Of a stretch of DNA of 41,697 bases, positions 17,916 to 28,298 are shown piece by piece. The notes under the pieces are model-generated. The model was not told the origin of the DNA. It saw only the letters and a list, made by a program, of their open reading frames with translations, and did not search any database. Both the position numbers and the translations under genes were made by a program. How positions within the stretch are numbered: position 1 is the stretch's first letter; every line of letters starts with the position of its first letter. Source of the stretch: Vulcanimicrobiales bacterium (lineage in GTDB: Bacteria; Vulcanimicrobiota; Vulcanimicrobiia; Vulcanimicrobiales; Vulcanimicrobiaceae); the NCBI GenBank assembly GCA_038231455.1, contig JBBRLI010000027.1, forward strand, positions 1-41,697, read 5' to 3'.

Positions 17916-19670
17916 AGCGTCGATCGCCGACTGCTCTTTGAGCGAACCAAGGCCCGTAACGGCGTTGTAGCCCGGTCGCAGACTGCACCCGTTGGGCTGG
18001 ACGCCTTTGCAGCCCTCGACGGTAGCGGGCGGCACGGGGAGCACGCCTTTGTACCCGATCGGCAGGGGCTTCTTCGGCGGACGAATGGTGTTGTCGACGT
18101 AACCGCGATCGTTCTCGCGCGTAATCTGGCGAAACGCCTGCGGATGCAGGGTTGCAAGCACATACAGATCGCCCGTCGAGATCAGACGCTTCGCCGGATC
18201 GACGGCGGAATTGATCGCAGCGAGTTGCGCGGCGACGATCGCTGCGCTCTCGCTGGTCCCGCCGACACCGCCGAAGGCGTAGCCGTGCCAGTACACGCGC
18301 AGATGTCCCGATGCATCTGCGCTCACGTCGGGTACGATGCGATGCTGCGCGGGCGCATATTGCGTTGAGAATTCAAACGCACTCGGCGCGCTCTGCCAGC
18401 GCGGACGCGGCTCGGCGGTGATTCCGCCGCCGGTTGCGTTCAGCCCGTCGTTCCAGGGCGCTTCATCGATGAGGGTATCACGGTCGCCGACTTGCGTGCC
18501 GCCCGCGCAAATGACGCTCGAGAGGATACACGGATAAGCGACCGCAGCCCGGTCGACACCGGCGATCGCAAAGCCGAGCGCGCCATCGTCACCCGCCGGT
18601 ACGACGACGCTAATTCCGCGCACGACGGCTTCGAGTAGCGGCAGCGGCGTTGGTCCCCACAGATCGACCGTATGTCCGTAAACGGGACCGAGTGTGAACG
18701 GAAAGACGATTTGTGTCGGATTCTCATCGAGCGCGCGTGCGAGTGCGACGGTTCCATCATTGCCCAGGCCGCAGACGTTGTCGTAGCGCAGGTCGATCGT
18801 TGCCTGCGGCGCCATCGTGATGGCCGCATCCAGATCGATTGCGGGTTCTTGACCACGGTCGTCGCGTCCGCAACTCGTCGTTTGGGCTTTCGGCGTGAAT
18901 ACGCGTTCACTCACGCGATCGGCCGAGCCGCTGGGTGCACCCTCGCCGCGCAAGAACGGCGGCAAATCGCGCGCGAGGTCCAGCCGGTCGGAGGCATCTT
19001 CGATCAGCGCGATGCGCTGACCGCGGCCGCCCTCGGGCGTCGCGTCGTAGATTTCACGGAAACGCGTCGGCAGATACCATTCGCCGCGAAAGAGCGTGAA
19101 GCTCGGGCGCACGTCGGCCAGGCGCGGTGATGTCGCCGCGACGACACCGCGCACGGCGCGGACGCCGGCGATCGGGACGTGCAGCGGCTGGGTCGGCGCA
19201 ATCGCGACGCGATCGCCGCGTTTGTACTCGACGAATTTCGTTGCAAAAACACGTTCGGCTTGGCCGACCGAGAGCACGCCGCCGATGATAAGGCCATCGC
19301 GTGAAACGTAGACTTCAGCGGCACCGCCCGTGCGCAAGAGTTCGGCCAGCGCGGCGCTCTCGGCAAGCGGGCGGCCGAAGCGCGCGGCAAATTCTTCGGC
19401 CGTAAGCGTAGCGCGATGCATCGGCGACGACGGATCGGCGAGTGCCTCCGCAAGCGATGCGAGTTGATTGTCTTTGGGTTCGAGTTCGATTGCAACGTGC
19501 AGTTCGGTTTGACGCGGCGCCGGGCCAACGACGCTCATGCCGTCCAATAAACCGAGCGCCGGTTTGACGACCGATGTCGCCGCCTGGGCTGCCCCGCCGA
19601 GCAGGGCGGTCGCAAGCGCGAGCGCCGACAGAAACCGGAGGCCATGGCCTCGGTTCATGGAAGCTGTCAT
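17907..19670 (-). CDS. Secreted S53 (sedolisin/kumamolisin-like) serine peptidase with propeptide
   Basis: Signal peptide, E-x3-D (QEPAIDLD), AGDDG, PDVSA, GGTSESA, GYNAVTGLGS; start 19670 or 19658. Confidence 0.88.
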   Translation of the reverse strand: MTASMNRGHGLRFLSALALATALLGGAAQAATSVVKPALGLLDGMSVVGPAPRQTELHVAIELEPKDNQLASLAEALADPSSPMHRATLTAEEFAARFGRPLAESAALAELLRTGGAAEVYVSRDGLIIGGVLSVGQAERVFATKFVEYKRGDRVAIAPTQPLHVPIAGVRAVRGVVAATSPRLADVRPSFTLFRGEWYLPTRFREIYDATPEGGRGQRIALIEDASDRLDLARDLPPFLRGEGAPSGSADRVSERVFTPKAQTTSCGRDDRGQEPAIDLDAAITMAPQATIDLRYDNVCGLGNDGTVALARALDENPTQIVFPFTLGPVYGHTVDLWGPTPLPLLEAVVRGISVVVPAGDDGALGFAIAGVDRAAVAYPCILSSVICAGGTQVGDRDTLIDEAPWNDGLNATGGGITAEPRPRWQSAPSAFEFSTQYAPAQHRIVPDVSADASGHLRVYWHGYAFGGVGGTSESAAIVAAQLAAINSAVDPAKRLISTGDLYVLATLHPQAFRQITRENDRGYVDNTIRPPKKPLPIGYKGVLPVPPATVEGCKGVQPNGCSLRPGYNAVTGLGSLKEQSAIDALR

Positions 19671-19691
19671 CCCGATTCTTTTCTGAGGGCC

Positions 19692-20489
19692 ATGCCCATG
19701 CAACGTACCGCGTTCATCGCCAGTCTCGCCACCGCCATTGGTGCAAGTCAATGCTGCAGCGCTTTGCCCGCGCTCGCTGCGAAACTCGATGAGGGGGATC
19801 TCGGGCATCAGTATTTTCTCCAGTTGCGTGAAGACGGCGACATTCTCTTCGACTCACCGTATTACGAGCATCTCAACGAAGTCGGCGAAGTCATCGCGAA
19901 CACGGTGAAGGACCGGTATCCCTATCCAATCCGCTACTACATCGTGCGCGGCGATTCAGCGAACGCCTTCTCCGTGCCGGGCGGGAACATCTACGTCAAC
20001 GAGCCGCTCTTGCGCCTCGCGAAGAACCGTGACGAACTCGGCGGCGTGCTCGCGCACGAGACCGGCCACATGGTTCTCCATCACGTCGCCAAAGGCATCA
20101 AAGGTCGGCAGACGACGGGCACGGTGGCGCAAGTCGGTTCGATCCTTGCAAACATTCTGCTCGGACCGCTCGGCGGCTATGCTGCGGGCTACGCGGCAAA
20201 TACGGCAGCGAACGCGCAAGACCTGAATATCTCGCGGCATATCGAAGCGGAAGCCGATGAAGAAGGCGCTCGTATCGCTGCGGCGACCAACTACCTCAAC
20301 CCGTACGGCCTCATTTGGTTCTTCCAAACGATGACCGCCGTGTACGGCACGAAGGGTGCCTTCTGGCAGCGCTCGCATCCCTTCGATCAAGCGCGCGTCG
20401 CCGATCTCGAAACGCTGTTCGCGAAAAATCCTGATGTGTTTGGCAAATTCAAAGACACGAAGCAACGCGACGTCGCGTACTGGACTTAG
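19692..20489 (+). CDS. M48-family zinc metalloprotease
   Basis: NAFSVPGG, LAHETGH (HExxH), EAEAD, SHP. Confidence 0.92.
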   Translation: MPMQRTAFIASLATAIGASQCCSALPALAAKLDEGDLGHQYFLQLREDGDILFDSPYYEHLNEVGEVIANTVKDRYPYPIRYYIVRGDSANAFSVPGGNIYVNEPLLRLAKNRDELGGVLAHETGHMVLHHVAKGIKGRQTTGTVAQVGSILANILLGPLGGYAAGYAANTAANAQDLNISRHIEAEADEEGARIAAATNYLNPYGLIWFFQTMTAVYGTKGAFWQRSHPFDQARVADLETLFAKNPDVFGKFKDTKQRDVAYWT

Positions 20490-21616
20490 TCGCCGCGTAT
20501 GACGAGCCAGCGATCCGCGCCCATCGATTCGAGAAACCCCGCTTCTTCGAGCGCGAGCAGCACGGCGGTCGTGAGCGCCCGCTCGTTTTTATTGGGCATC
20601 CCTGCCCAGCGCTGAGCGACATCTCCGAGTTCGAGCGTTGCGCCACGGACGAGCAAACCGCGTACGAACGACGTTTTCAAACTGAGTTTTTCCATTTTGC
20701 GCGCGTGCGGTTCGAGCGTTTCGAGTAGCGACTCGGTGCGTGCGGGTGGTGTCTCATCGGCCGGCGCCGGACGCGGCGGTGTTGCGGCCGGTGGCGCGAC
20801 GCTCTTGGGCATTTGCACCGGCGCAAGCGGAATTTGATCGGTGCTTCCGACGAGTTGCGGTGCGCGTTCGAGTACGAAGTCGATCAACTGCGGAAAGTTC
20901 TCGGAAAACGAGAGCAGCGCGACTTGCCACGGCACGGCGTTCACCTCGCGCAGACGCGTTGTAAAGCCGTTGAAGATCGCGCGCGCGACCGTTTCGGGCG
21001 AGACGAGAAACCGTGCGGGTGCGCCCGGCATTCCGGCCCGCGTCATGAACGGCGTATCGACCGCGCCCGGATCGACGTAGGTAACCGCGATGCCGTCGGT
21101 TTTGAGTTCGCGGCGGAGCGTCTGCGTTGCGGATTTGATCGCGGCTTTGGAGGCTGCGTAGGCACCGAGCCCGCCGACGGCGATGCGCGCTACGCCCGAG
21201 CCGAGCATGATCACCTGACCGTGCGTGGCCTGTAGAGCGGCGTGCGCTTCGCGCGTAAGCGCGAGCGGTCCGATGACATGCGTTGCAAACTGCTCGCGTA
21301 GCGCTGCGTCGCTTTGCCGGCCGATGGGTCCCACGGCAACGGCGCCCGCGTTGTTGCAGAGCACATCGATGCGTCCAAAACGCGCCATACAGTTCGCAAT
21401 CAAGCGCGGAGCGTTCGCGGGATCGCCGATGTCGGCGCTCGCCGTTGCGATGGTTCCACCGTCGGCTTTGATGCGTTCTTCGAGCAGCGCGAGCGCCTCG
21501 GTGTTGCGGCCCACGCCGTAAATGGCGTATCCGGCGCGCGCGGCGCGGATCGCAAGTGCGCGACCGATACCCGATGATGCGCCGGTGAGGAAGAGCGTTC
21601 GCTGGCCGTTGGTCAT
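20486..21616 (-). CDS. Short-chain dehydrogenase/reductase with C-terminal extra domain
   Basis: [17 protein letters not shown]; Pro-rich linker, then about 80 extra aa. Confidence 0.9.
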   Translation of the reverse strand: MTNGQRTLFLTGASSGIGRALAIRAARAGYAIYGVGRNTEALALLEERIKADGGTIATASADIGDPANAPRLIANCMARFGRIDVLCNNAGAVAVGPIGRQSDAALREQFATHVIGPLALTREAHAALQATHGQVIMLGSGVARIAVGGLGAYAASKAAIKSATQTLRRELKTDGIAVTYVDPGAVDTPFMTRAGMPGAPARFLVSPETVARAIFNGFTTRLREVNAVPWQVALLSFSENFPQLIDFVLERAPQLVGSTDQIPLAPVQMPKSVAPPAATPPRPAPADETPPARTESLLETLEPHARKMEKLSLKTSFVRGLLVRGATLELGDVAQRWAGMPNKNERALTTAVLLALEEAGFLESMGADRWLVIRGD

Positions 21617-21631
21617 GCGTGCGCGGTTCGC

Positions 21632-21659
21632 GCTCGGCGGTCGATCCGACCCGCCGAGC
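21632..21659. repeat. GC-rich inverted repeat in the divergent SDR/purE spacer
   Basis: Perfect 9-bp arms GCTCGGCGG / CCGCCGAGC. Confidence 0.6.
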
Positions 21660-21708
21660 CGGAGATTTTAGTCCAGGCCGGGTGGGTGCCGGGGACGAAC
21701 GGCGCGGG

Positions 21709-22188
21709 ATGGCCCTCACTCCCCTGGTCGGCATCATCATGGGATCGACGTCCGATCTCGAAACGATGCGCGCTGCGGCGACGACCCTACAAGAACTCGA
21801 TGTGCCCTTCGAACTGCGCGTGGTTTCCGCGCACCGGACTCCCGATCTCATGTTTCGCTACGCAAGCGAAGCGGCCGGACGCGGTTTGCGCGTGATCATC
21901 GCGGGGGCGGGTGGCGCGGCGCACTTGCCGGGGATGGTTGCGACCAAAACGAATTTGCCGGTAATCGGCGTGCCGGTGCAATCGAAGGCTCTCAATGGCT
22001 TGGACTCGCTGCTTTCGATCGCGCAGATGCCCGCGGGCGTACCGGTCGCGACGATGGCGATCGGCAATGCCACCAACGCCGCATTGTTCGCCGCACGTAT
22101 CCTCGCGCTGAGCGATGCGAAGCTCGCACAAGCCCTCGACGAACGCGTCGCCGCGACCGCCAAGACGGTGGAGTCGATCGTTCTATGA
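21709..22188 (+). CDS. purE: N5-CAIR mutase
   Basis: [36 protein letters not shown]. Confidence 0.97.
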   Translation: MALTPLVGIIMGSTSDLETMRAAATTLQELDVPFELRVVSAHRTPDLMFRYASEAAGRGLRVIIAGAGGAAHLPGMVATKTNLPVIGVPVQSKALNGLDSLLSIAQMPAGVPVATMAIGNATNAALFAARILALSDAKLAQALDERVAATAKTVESIVL

Positions 22189-23327
22189 TCGAGACGATCG
22201 GCATCCTCGGCGGCGGTCAACTCGGGCGCATGCTCACGCTCGAAGCCAAGCGCATGGGGTATCGCGTCGTCGTGCTGGAGCCGCTGCCCAACTCGCCGAC
22301 CGGACAAATCGCCGACGAGCAGATCGTCGCGGCGTACGACGATCTGCGCGCGATCGGTGAACTCGGCGCGCGCAGCGACGTCGTCACCTACGAATTTGAA
22401 AATATCGCGCTCGCCTCGGTGCAAGCGCTCGAGAACGACCGCCGTCTCGTGCGCCCGGATGCCAACGTCCTGCGGATAACGCAAGAACGCATTTTAGAGA
22501 AGACGTTCGTGCGGTCGTGCGGTATCGCCACGGCAGACTTCGCGCCGATTGCGACGCTTACGGATCTGGGCCTCGCAATCGAGACGATCGGTTTTCCGGC
22601 GGTGTTCAAAACGACGCTCGGCGGATATGACGGCAAAGGCCAGTGGGTCGTGCGCGACGAGCACGAAGCAGCCGATGCGTTCGCCGAAGCGCGCGGACGC
22701 GCGCTCGTCTGCGAGAAGCTGATTCCCTTTGAGAAAGAGCTCTCCATCATTTGCGCGCGCAACGCCGCGGGAGAAATAGTCACTTTTCCGGTTGCGGAAA
22801 ATATCCACGACGCAGGCGTGCTCGCAACGACGATCGTCCCCGCACGCGTGAGCGACGATGTCGCACGACGCGTACGCGATAGCGCGGAGATCATCGCGCG
22901 CAAGCTCGACATCGTCGGAGCGTTTGCGATCGAGTATTTTCTCGCCGGCGACACGCTGCTCGTCAACGAGATCGCGCCGCGCGTGCACAACAGCGGCCAC
23001 TATTCACTCGATGCGACGCAAATCTCGCAGTACGAAGCGCACGTGCGCGCGATCTGCGATCTGCCGCTCGTCCAGCCCAGAATGCTCGTCCCCGCGGTCG
23101 TGATGGTCAACATCTTGGGTGACGGAACCGGCGACCGCCTCGGCGGCGGTGCGGAACTGCTGCGCGACCCGGATATCTCACTGCACGTCTACGGCAAAGC
23201 CCACGCGGCGCGAGGCCGGAAAATGGGCCACTTCACGGTACTCGGTGCGAGTCCCGATGACGCGCTCGCAAAAGCCGAACGCGGTCGCAAGCTCCTTCAT
23301 TGGGTCGATACGCGCGTCGGCGCGTGA
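22185..23327 (+). CDS. purK: N5-CAIR synthetase
   Basis: [38 protein letters not shown]. Confidence 0.97.
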   Translation: MIETIGILGGGQLGRMLTLEAKRMGYRVVVLEPLPNSPTGQIADEQIVAAYDDLRAIGELGARSDVVTYEFENIALASVQALENDRRLVRPDANVLRITQERILEKTFVRSCGIATADFAPIATLTDLGLAIETIGFPAVFKTTLGGYDGKGQWVVRDEHEAADAFAEARGRALVCEKLIPFEKELSIICARNAAGEIVTFPVAENIHDAGVLATTIVPARVSDDVARRVRDSAEIIARKLDIVGAFAIEYFLAGDTLLVNEIAPRVHNSGHYSLDATQISQYEAHVRAICDLPLVQPRMLVPAVVMVNILGDGTGDRLGGGAELLRDPDISLHVYGKAHAARGRKMGHFTVLGASPDDALAKAERGRKLLHWVDTRVGA

Positions 23328-23512
23328 TCCATCACGAACTAGGGTTGTGTTTCTCCGTCATATCATCGTGCCTAATTTAATAACAAAATGGTAAATTTCG
23401 GCTGTCGGCTTCGGTTGGGAATTTCATACAATTGCGGCAAGTCTTTTTCGGAAAACAAATAACTCTATACGTGTACCGTTTTCTATCGCCATAGCTAGCC
23501 GGGAGTTTCTAA

Positions 23513-26500
23513 ATGGGGGAAGGGCCGCTCGCGGAAAATGCGCTGAGCAATGCGCAGACCGAGGTCGCTCGCGACCGGGTAGTCCGACTTTTTAAATTTG
23601 TTTCGGCGTTGTACGAGCAGCGAAATCCCGCGACTCGCCAGATGTCCGACCACGAATGGATATTGAGGTTTAGTGATATCCCGGACCACGAGTCAATTAG
23701 TTTGGCTATTTCGATTCTCGATTCGGACGATGATTCTACTGCGGAATCACTAGAACCCCGCCCTTTGTTGGTCAGTACTCGACCGAAACTCACTAAGCGA
23801 CCCTCGGCTCTTGATTGCCTAGACTCTTGGCTCGACCGTGATTGGGACGACTGCCGTGCGAAGCCACTTCCTGTCGCGAGCAAAAACGAATTGATCGAAG
23901 GTGGCGAGACACGAGTAACTAGGTTTGAGGATAGCCTTGAACGAGTAGCCACTCTCGAGACATATCAAGCCGAGTGGACGTTGTGGGCGCAAAACGAGCG
24001 TATAGCACAATCCGCCGGTGAAATTTTTGAAAAATTGTACAAGCTTCACGGAATCTTACAGCGAGACGGGGAGCGGTACGAGCTTGTTGTCGCCGATGGT
24101 ATTTTATCGTGGTCCAGACCGGGCGGCGGCGTTCGACATCCTCTAATCACTCGCGCCGTTCGGCTCGATTTCGATCCTCAAACTCCAGCGTTCCGAATTG
24201 TCGAGAGTGGAGATCCATCTCAATTCTATTCGGCCCTGTTTAGATCGATGACCGACGTCGATGGATCGGCGGTGGGCCGGCTTCGTTCTGAGAGCGATGC
24301 GCTCGATTTGCACCCGCTTGGCGGCGCCGATGTGGTGGGTTTCTTGAAATCGGTGTCGTCCACTTTGTCTGCAAAGGGCATATATGTTGGACCCGAAGCA
24401 CCCGGGCCCGAAAGAGATTTTCCAGTAATCGGAAGGGGCCCAACTTTACTCCTCAGGCGCCGAACCGTGGGAGTCGCTCGGGCTTTTGACGCGATAATCG
24501 AAGATCTGAGCCAAGGCAAAGCCATTCCAGTGTCGCTCAAAAACGTCGTTGGAATAACGGACATTCCAAACGATGTGTCGCCACTCGTGTCTCACGAGAA
24601 CCAGCGACCAGGAATGACGTCGGAGGAGATGAGCGACGACTCGATTTTGTTCACCAAGGAGGCCAATCCCGAGCAACTAGACATCGCTCGGAGCTTAAAT
24701 CGCGATAATTGTGTCCTTGTGCAAGGGCCTCCCGGTACTGGAAAGACCCATACAATCGCAAATCTTTTAGGGCATCTTTTGGCCCAGGGAAAGAGCGTGT
24801 TGGTACTAAGCCACACAACTAAAGCCCTCAAAGTGTTGCGGGAGAAAGTTGTTCCTCAACTGCAGCCACTCTGCGTTAGTGTATTGGATTCTAAAGACGA
24901 CGATGCTGCGCTCAAATCTTCGATTGAGGGGATCGTAGAGCGTGTTGGGAACGTCGATATTGCAAAATTGGATCGCGAGATCGTTCGATATGGATCGGAG
25001 AGAAGCGGGTTAATTGGGGAATTGGCCCAGCTTAGAGAGTCGCTTGTCAACGCTCGTTTGGACGAACAGCGTGAGATTATTATCGGCGGGGAAGGCATTC
25101 GCCCCATTTCAGCTGCTGTTGAAGTATCGCGTGGTTTAGGCAGTCAGGATTGGATACCGGACGGCATTGCTATAGGAAGTCCGCAACCACTTTCTCAAAG
25201 TGAAGTTGCTGAGTTGTATGGTACAAACCGCTCGGTGACCCGGGAAGACGAAACGGCCCTCGCGTTGCGGTTGCCTGATAAAGGCGAAATCACACAGGCG
25301 GATGATTTCGCCGCTCTTTGCCAGGAAAGGCGCGAGCTTTCTGAGAGAGACCGCTTTTATCGACCCGGACTTTGGACGACGCCAAAGGGCGCAATAGCGG
25401 ACCAGCTTGATGCGGCTCTCCAAGTTGCGATTGACGCGGTGAGTGCGTGTGAATCGCTTCCATCATGGGTAGCTGGGCTCGTCGTCTCAGGTATATCTGA
25501 AGAGCGTTTTATTTGGGAAGAACTACTTGCTGAAGTTAGTGCACTACGAAGCGAAGCATTGGTCGGGCAACGGCTTGTACTAGTTCACACGCCTGTTCTC
25601 GCGCACGAGCTCGACGTCGAGCGCGCATCGGAAATTTACTCTGCTATCGAGAGTGAAATTAAAAAGACTGGAAAATTACCAAGCTTTCTAGCATTGCTTT
25701 CTCGACCCGAGTGGAAAAAAGCTATTCAAGGAGCAAGGGTTGGCGCAGGGTCGTCTCCACGCTTACCAGAGCACTTCTCGGCACTTGCTCGTTTGGCTCA
25801 AATCGAGTCAAGGCGTCAAGCATTTAGGAGACGCTGGGATGCTCAGGTAAAGCGAATTGGAGGACCATCAGCTGACTCGCTCGGGCGCGAGTGCGAGGTT
25901 GGGGCAAAGCTATTCTCTCCAATGATTTCAAACGCACTAGATTGGGTGCCTACGACGTGGGCGAAGGCCGAGAGCCTTCTTTCTGAATGCGGCCTGGCAT
26001 GGCACGCCTTAATCGCAGAAGCCAATTTAGCGTACCCCGATTTAGACAACGCTGGCAGAATCTCAAAGACGGTATCCGAGATACTACCGAAAGTTCTGGG
26101 ATCTGAACGAGCCAGAAGGCGTTGGAAATATGTGGATGACCAGCTCCAAATAATCAAACAGAAAACTATCTCATGGCCGGCCAATCAGGCGATTAGGCCG
26201 CTTCGCGACGCAATTGATGCGTATGATGAGAAATCATATCGACGCGAATCCTTTGAGCTCGAACGATTGCGCATGGTTTTAGATGTGTCAAACACGCGCT
26301 TTTCATTACTTACTCGGTTGGAGAGATTTGCACCAGGTTGGGCGAGCGCTATCAGGGGGCGAATCGGGATTCACGGGTTGTTTGATTGCCCTTCGGATGT
26401 CGATAAGGCGTGGAGGTGGCGACAATTCGAATCTGAGTTGAACCGGCGTAACGAGGTCTCGATACCGGACATCCTGCAGAATATCGAGCAGAAAAGAGGG

Positions 26501-28129
26501 CGACTTAGAGAAGTCACAACGAATTTAGTTGATCGCCGGGCGTGGCGTGCTCAGGCAGCGAGAACAACGTTATCCCAGCGCCAAGCCCTCCTGGGTTTTG
26601 CCGAATCAAAAAGACGTATCGGGCGTGGTACAGGAAAACGAGCCGCGCATTTCGCTCGCGCTGCTCGGGAGCGAATGGCAGACGCAAGATCAGCCGTTCC
26701 CGTGTGGATTATGCCTGTCGTGAAAGCCGCCGAGGTGTTCGACCCCCAAAATACGCGGTTCGATGTCGTAATCATTGACGAAGCTAGTCAGAGTGATGTG
26801 ACTGGCCTTTTGGCATTCTACCTTGGCGATCAAATTGTAGTGGTCGGCGACGACGAGCAAGTCAGTCCATCGGCGGTCGGAGAAAAGGCTGACGAAGCAC
26901 AGCATTTGATCGACGAAATGTTGCAAGGAATTCCAGATGCGCAACTTTTCGATGGAAAGCAGTCACTCTATGACATTGCAAAAAGATCATTTGGAGGGAC
27001 GATTTGCCTGCTCGAACATTTCAGATGCGTCCCTGAAATTATTCAGTTTAGCAATGAACTAAGTTATGCTGGAAGAATCAAACCACTTCGAGAGCGACAC
27101 GAGTCAGATCCCGAGCCGTCTGTAGTCGAGCATAGAGTCGTATCTAGTGTATCCGAAGGAAAAGTAAATGAACGCGAGGCCTTGGCAGTCGCCTCTTTAG
27201 TGCTGGCGGCGATCGAGCAACGCGAATACGACGGAAAAACTTTCGGAATAATTTCCATGGTCGGCGATGAGCAAGCATATCGAATCGAACAAATACTTCG
27301 CGCAGTTCTTACACCGGCGGTAGTGGAAGCTCGGCGCCTACTCGCTGGGAGTGCCGCTCAGTTTCAAGGGGACGAGCGTAATGTGATGTTCCTTTCGCTT
27401 GTTGATACGGGCCAGGGCGTGCCGTTGCCCCTTCGAGACACGCGCTCTTTTCAGCAAAGATATAATGTAGCTGCAAGCAGGGCGCAGGACCAGATGTGGA
27501 TAGTTCATTCACTGGACCGTGCGACAGAATTAAAACCAGGCGATTTAAGGCGGAGACTAATCGAACACGCGACAGATCCGGGTGCCGCAGAACGCAATAA
27601 GGCCGCCGCACTCAAGAAGGCCGAATCGAAATTTGAGGAAGCCGTCATCCAGCGACTTACGGGAGCAGGATTCTGGGTTGAAACGCAACGATGGGTTGGC
27701 GCTTATCGATTAGATATAGTTGTGCACGGAGAAAATCGAAAACGTTTAGCGATTGAATGTGACGGCGATCGTTATCACACAATCGAGACTCTACGGGAAG
27801 ATACAGAACGGCAGGCAATCTTGGAGCGCGTCGGCTGGACGTTCTCCCGCATTCGTGGAAGTAAGTTTTTTCGAGACGAGGATACCGCTTTACGCCCGGT
27901 TTTCGAGAAACTTGCTTCGATGGGAATCGAGCCCCATGCAGTTAGAACCGCTGTCGAATCTGGAAATAGTGAGTTAGTGTCTCGTGTAAAAGTTCGGGCC
28001 GCTGAATTAGAAACCGAAATTGGGTTAATTGATTTCAGCACAAAATCCCCGGTCCGAAAGAGCTGGCGAAAGAGTCTGGCTCAAGGTCGCGGCGGGGGAT
28101 TGGAAACAGTTCCCGGGGATGGGACGTGA
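23513..28129 (+). CDS. SF1 (UPF1/DNA2-like) helicase fused to a C-terminal Vsr/DUF559-like nuclease
   Basis: QGPPGTGKT, VIIDEASQ, VGDDEQ, EHFRC, FQGDERN, YNVAASRA; C-terminal ESKFE...YRLDIVV...AIECDGDRYH...RQAILERVGW; GGAG RBS. Confidence 0.92.
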   Translation: MGEGPLAENALSNAQTEVARDRVVRLFKFVSALYEQRNPATRQMSDHEWILRFSDIPDHESISLAISILDSDDDSTAESLEPRPLLVSTRPKLTKRPSALDCLDSWLDRDWDDCRAKPLPVASKNELIEGGETRVTRFEDSLERVATLETYQAEWTLWAQNERIAQSAGEIFEKLYKLHGILQRDGERYELVVADGILSWSRPGGGVRHPLITRAVRLDFDPQTPAFRIVESGDPSQFYSALFRSMTDVDGSAVGRLRSESDALDLHPLGGADVVGFLKSVSSTLSAKGIYVGPEAPGPERDFPVIGRGPTLLLRRRTVGVARAFDAIIEDLSQGKAIPVSLKNVVGITDIPNDVSPLVSHENQRPGMTSEEMSDDSILFTKEANPEQLDIARSLNRDNCVLVQGPPGTGKTHTIANLLGHLLAQGKSVLVLSHTTKALKVLREKVVPQLQPLCVSVLDSKDDDAALKSSIEGIVERVGNVDIAKLDREIVRYGSERSGLIGELAQLRESLVNARLDEQREIIIGGEGIRPISAAVEVSRGLGSQDWIPDGIAIGSPQPLSQSEVAELYGTNRSVTREDETALALRLPDKGEITQADDFAALCQERRELSERDRFYRPGLWTTPKGAIADQLDAALQVAIDAVSACESLPSWVAGLVVSGISEERFIWEELLAEVSALRSEALVGQRLVLVHTPVLAHELDVERASEIYSAIESEIKKTGKLPSFLALLSRPEWKKAIQGARVGAGSSPRLPEHFSALARLAQIESRRQAFRRRWDAQVKRIGGPSADSLGRECEVGAKLFSPMISNALDWVPTTWAKAESLLSECGLAWHALIAEANLAYPDLDNAGRISKTVSEILPKVLGSERARRRWKYVDDQLQIIKQKTISWPANQAIRPLRDAIDAYDEKSYRRESFELERLRMVLDVSNTRFSLLTRLERFAPGWASAIRGRIGIHGLFDCPSDVDKAWRWRQFESELNRRNEVSIPDILQNIEQKRGRLREVTTNLVDRRAWRAQAARTTLSQRQALLGFAESKRRIGRGTGKRAAHFARAARERMADARSAVPVWIMPVVKAAEVFDPQNTRFDVVIIDEASQSDVTGLLAFYLGDQIVVVGDDEQVSPSAVGEKADEAQHLIDEMLQGIPDAQLFDGKQSLYDIAKRSFGGTICLLEHFRCVPEIIQFSNELSYAGRIKPLRERHESDPEPSVVEHRVVSSVSEGKVNEREALAVASLVLAAIEQREYDGKTFGIISMVGDEQAYRIEQILRAVLTPAVVEARRLLAGSAAQFQGDERNVMFLSLVDTGQGVPLPLRDTRSFQQRYNVAASRAQDQMWIVHSLDRATELKPGDLRRRLIEHATDPGAAERNKAAALKKAESKFEEAVIQRLTGAGFWVETQRWVGAYRLDIVVHGENRKRLAIECDGDRYHTIETLREDTERQAILERVGWTFSRIRGSKFFRDEDTALRPVFEKLASMGIEPHAVRTAVESGNSELVSRVKVRAAELETEIGLIDFSTKSPVRKSWRKSLAQGRGGGLETVPGDGT

Positions 28130-28298
28130 CTTGAGAGATCCAGATGAACTAGATGCTTATAGCGCAATGGTCGACGAATTGGAGGAGCGTCTCGAAGAGA
28201 CTTCTGATACCCAGGGTGACATTGCCTTAAGACTTCAAATCATTCAGACTCGAGTGGTTATTCTGACGGCGAGAGAGATGCTTAATCTGCGGTTTTAA
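28119..28298 (+). CDS. Small helical hypothetical protein (59 aa)
   Basis: MGRDLRDPDELDAYSAMVDELEERLEE...; overlaps the helicase end by 11 nt; same foreign composition. Confidence 0.5.
   Translation: MGRDLRDPDELDAYSAMVDELEERLEETSDTQGDIALRLQIIQTRVVILTAREMLNLRF

Larger units (their letters stand above)
23328..28298. other. Compositionally foreign (AT-richer) insert between purK and the GT4 gene
   Basis: Abrupt shift to A/T-ending codons (TTA, ATA, AGA, AAA) and an AT-rich leader at 23328-23512; no integrase or flanking repeats seen. Confidence 0.8.

Noticed and set aside
20754-21851. 365-aa minus-strand ORF
   Set aside because: Arg-rich alternative frame overlapping the SDR and purE.
23328-28298. 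Island as a transposon or prophage
   Set aside because: No transposase, integrase, terminal repeats or target duplication detected; only composition supports foreign origin.
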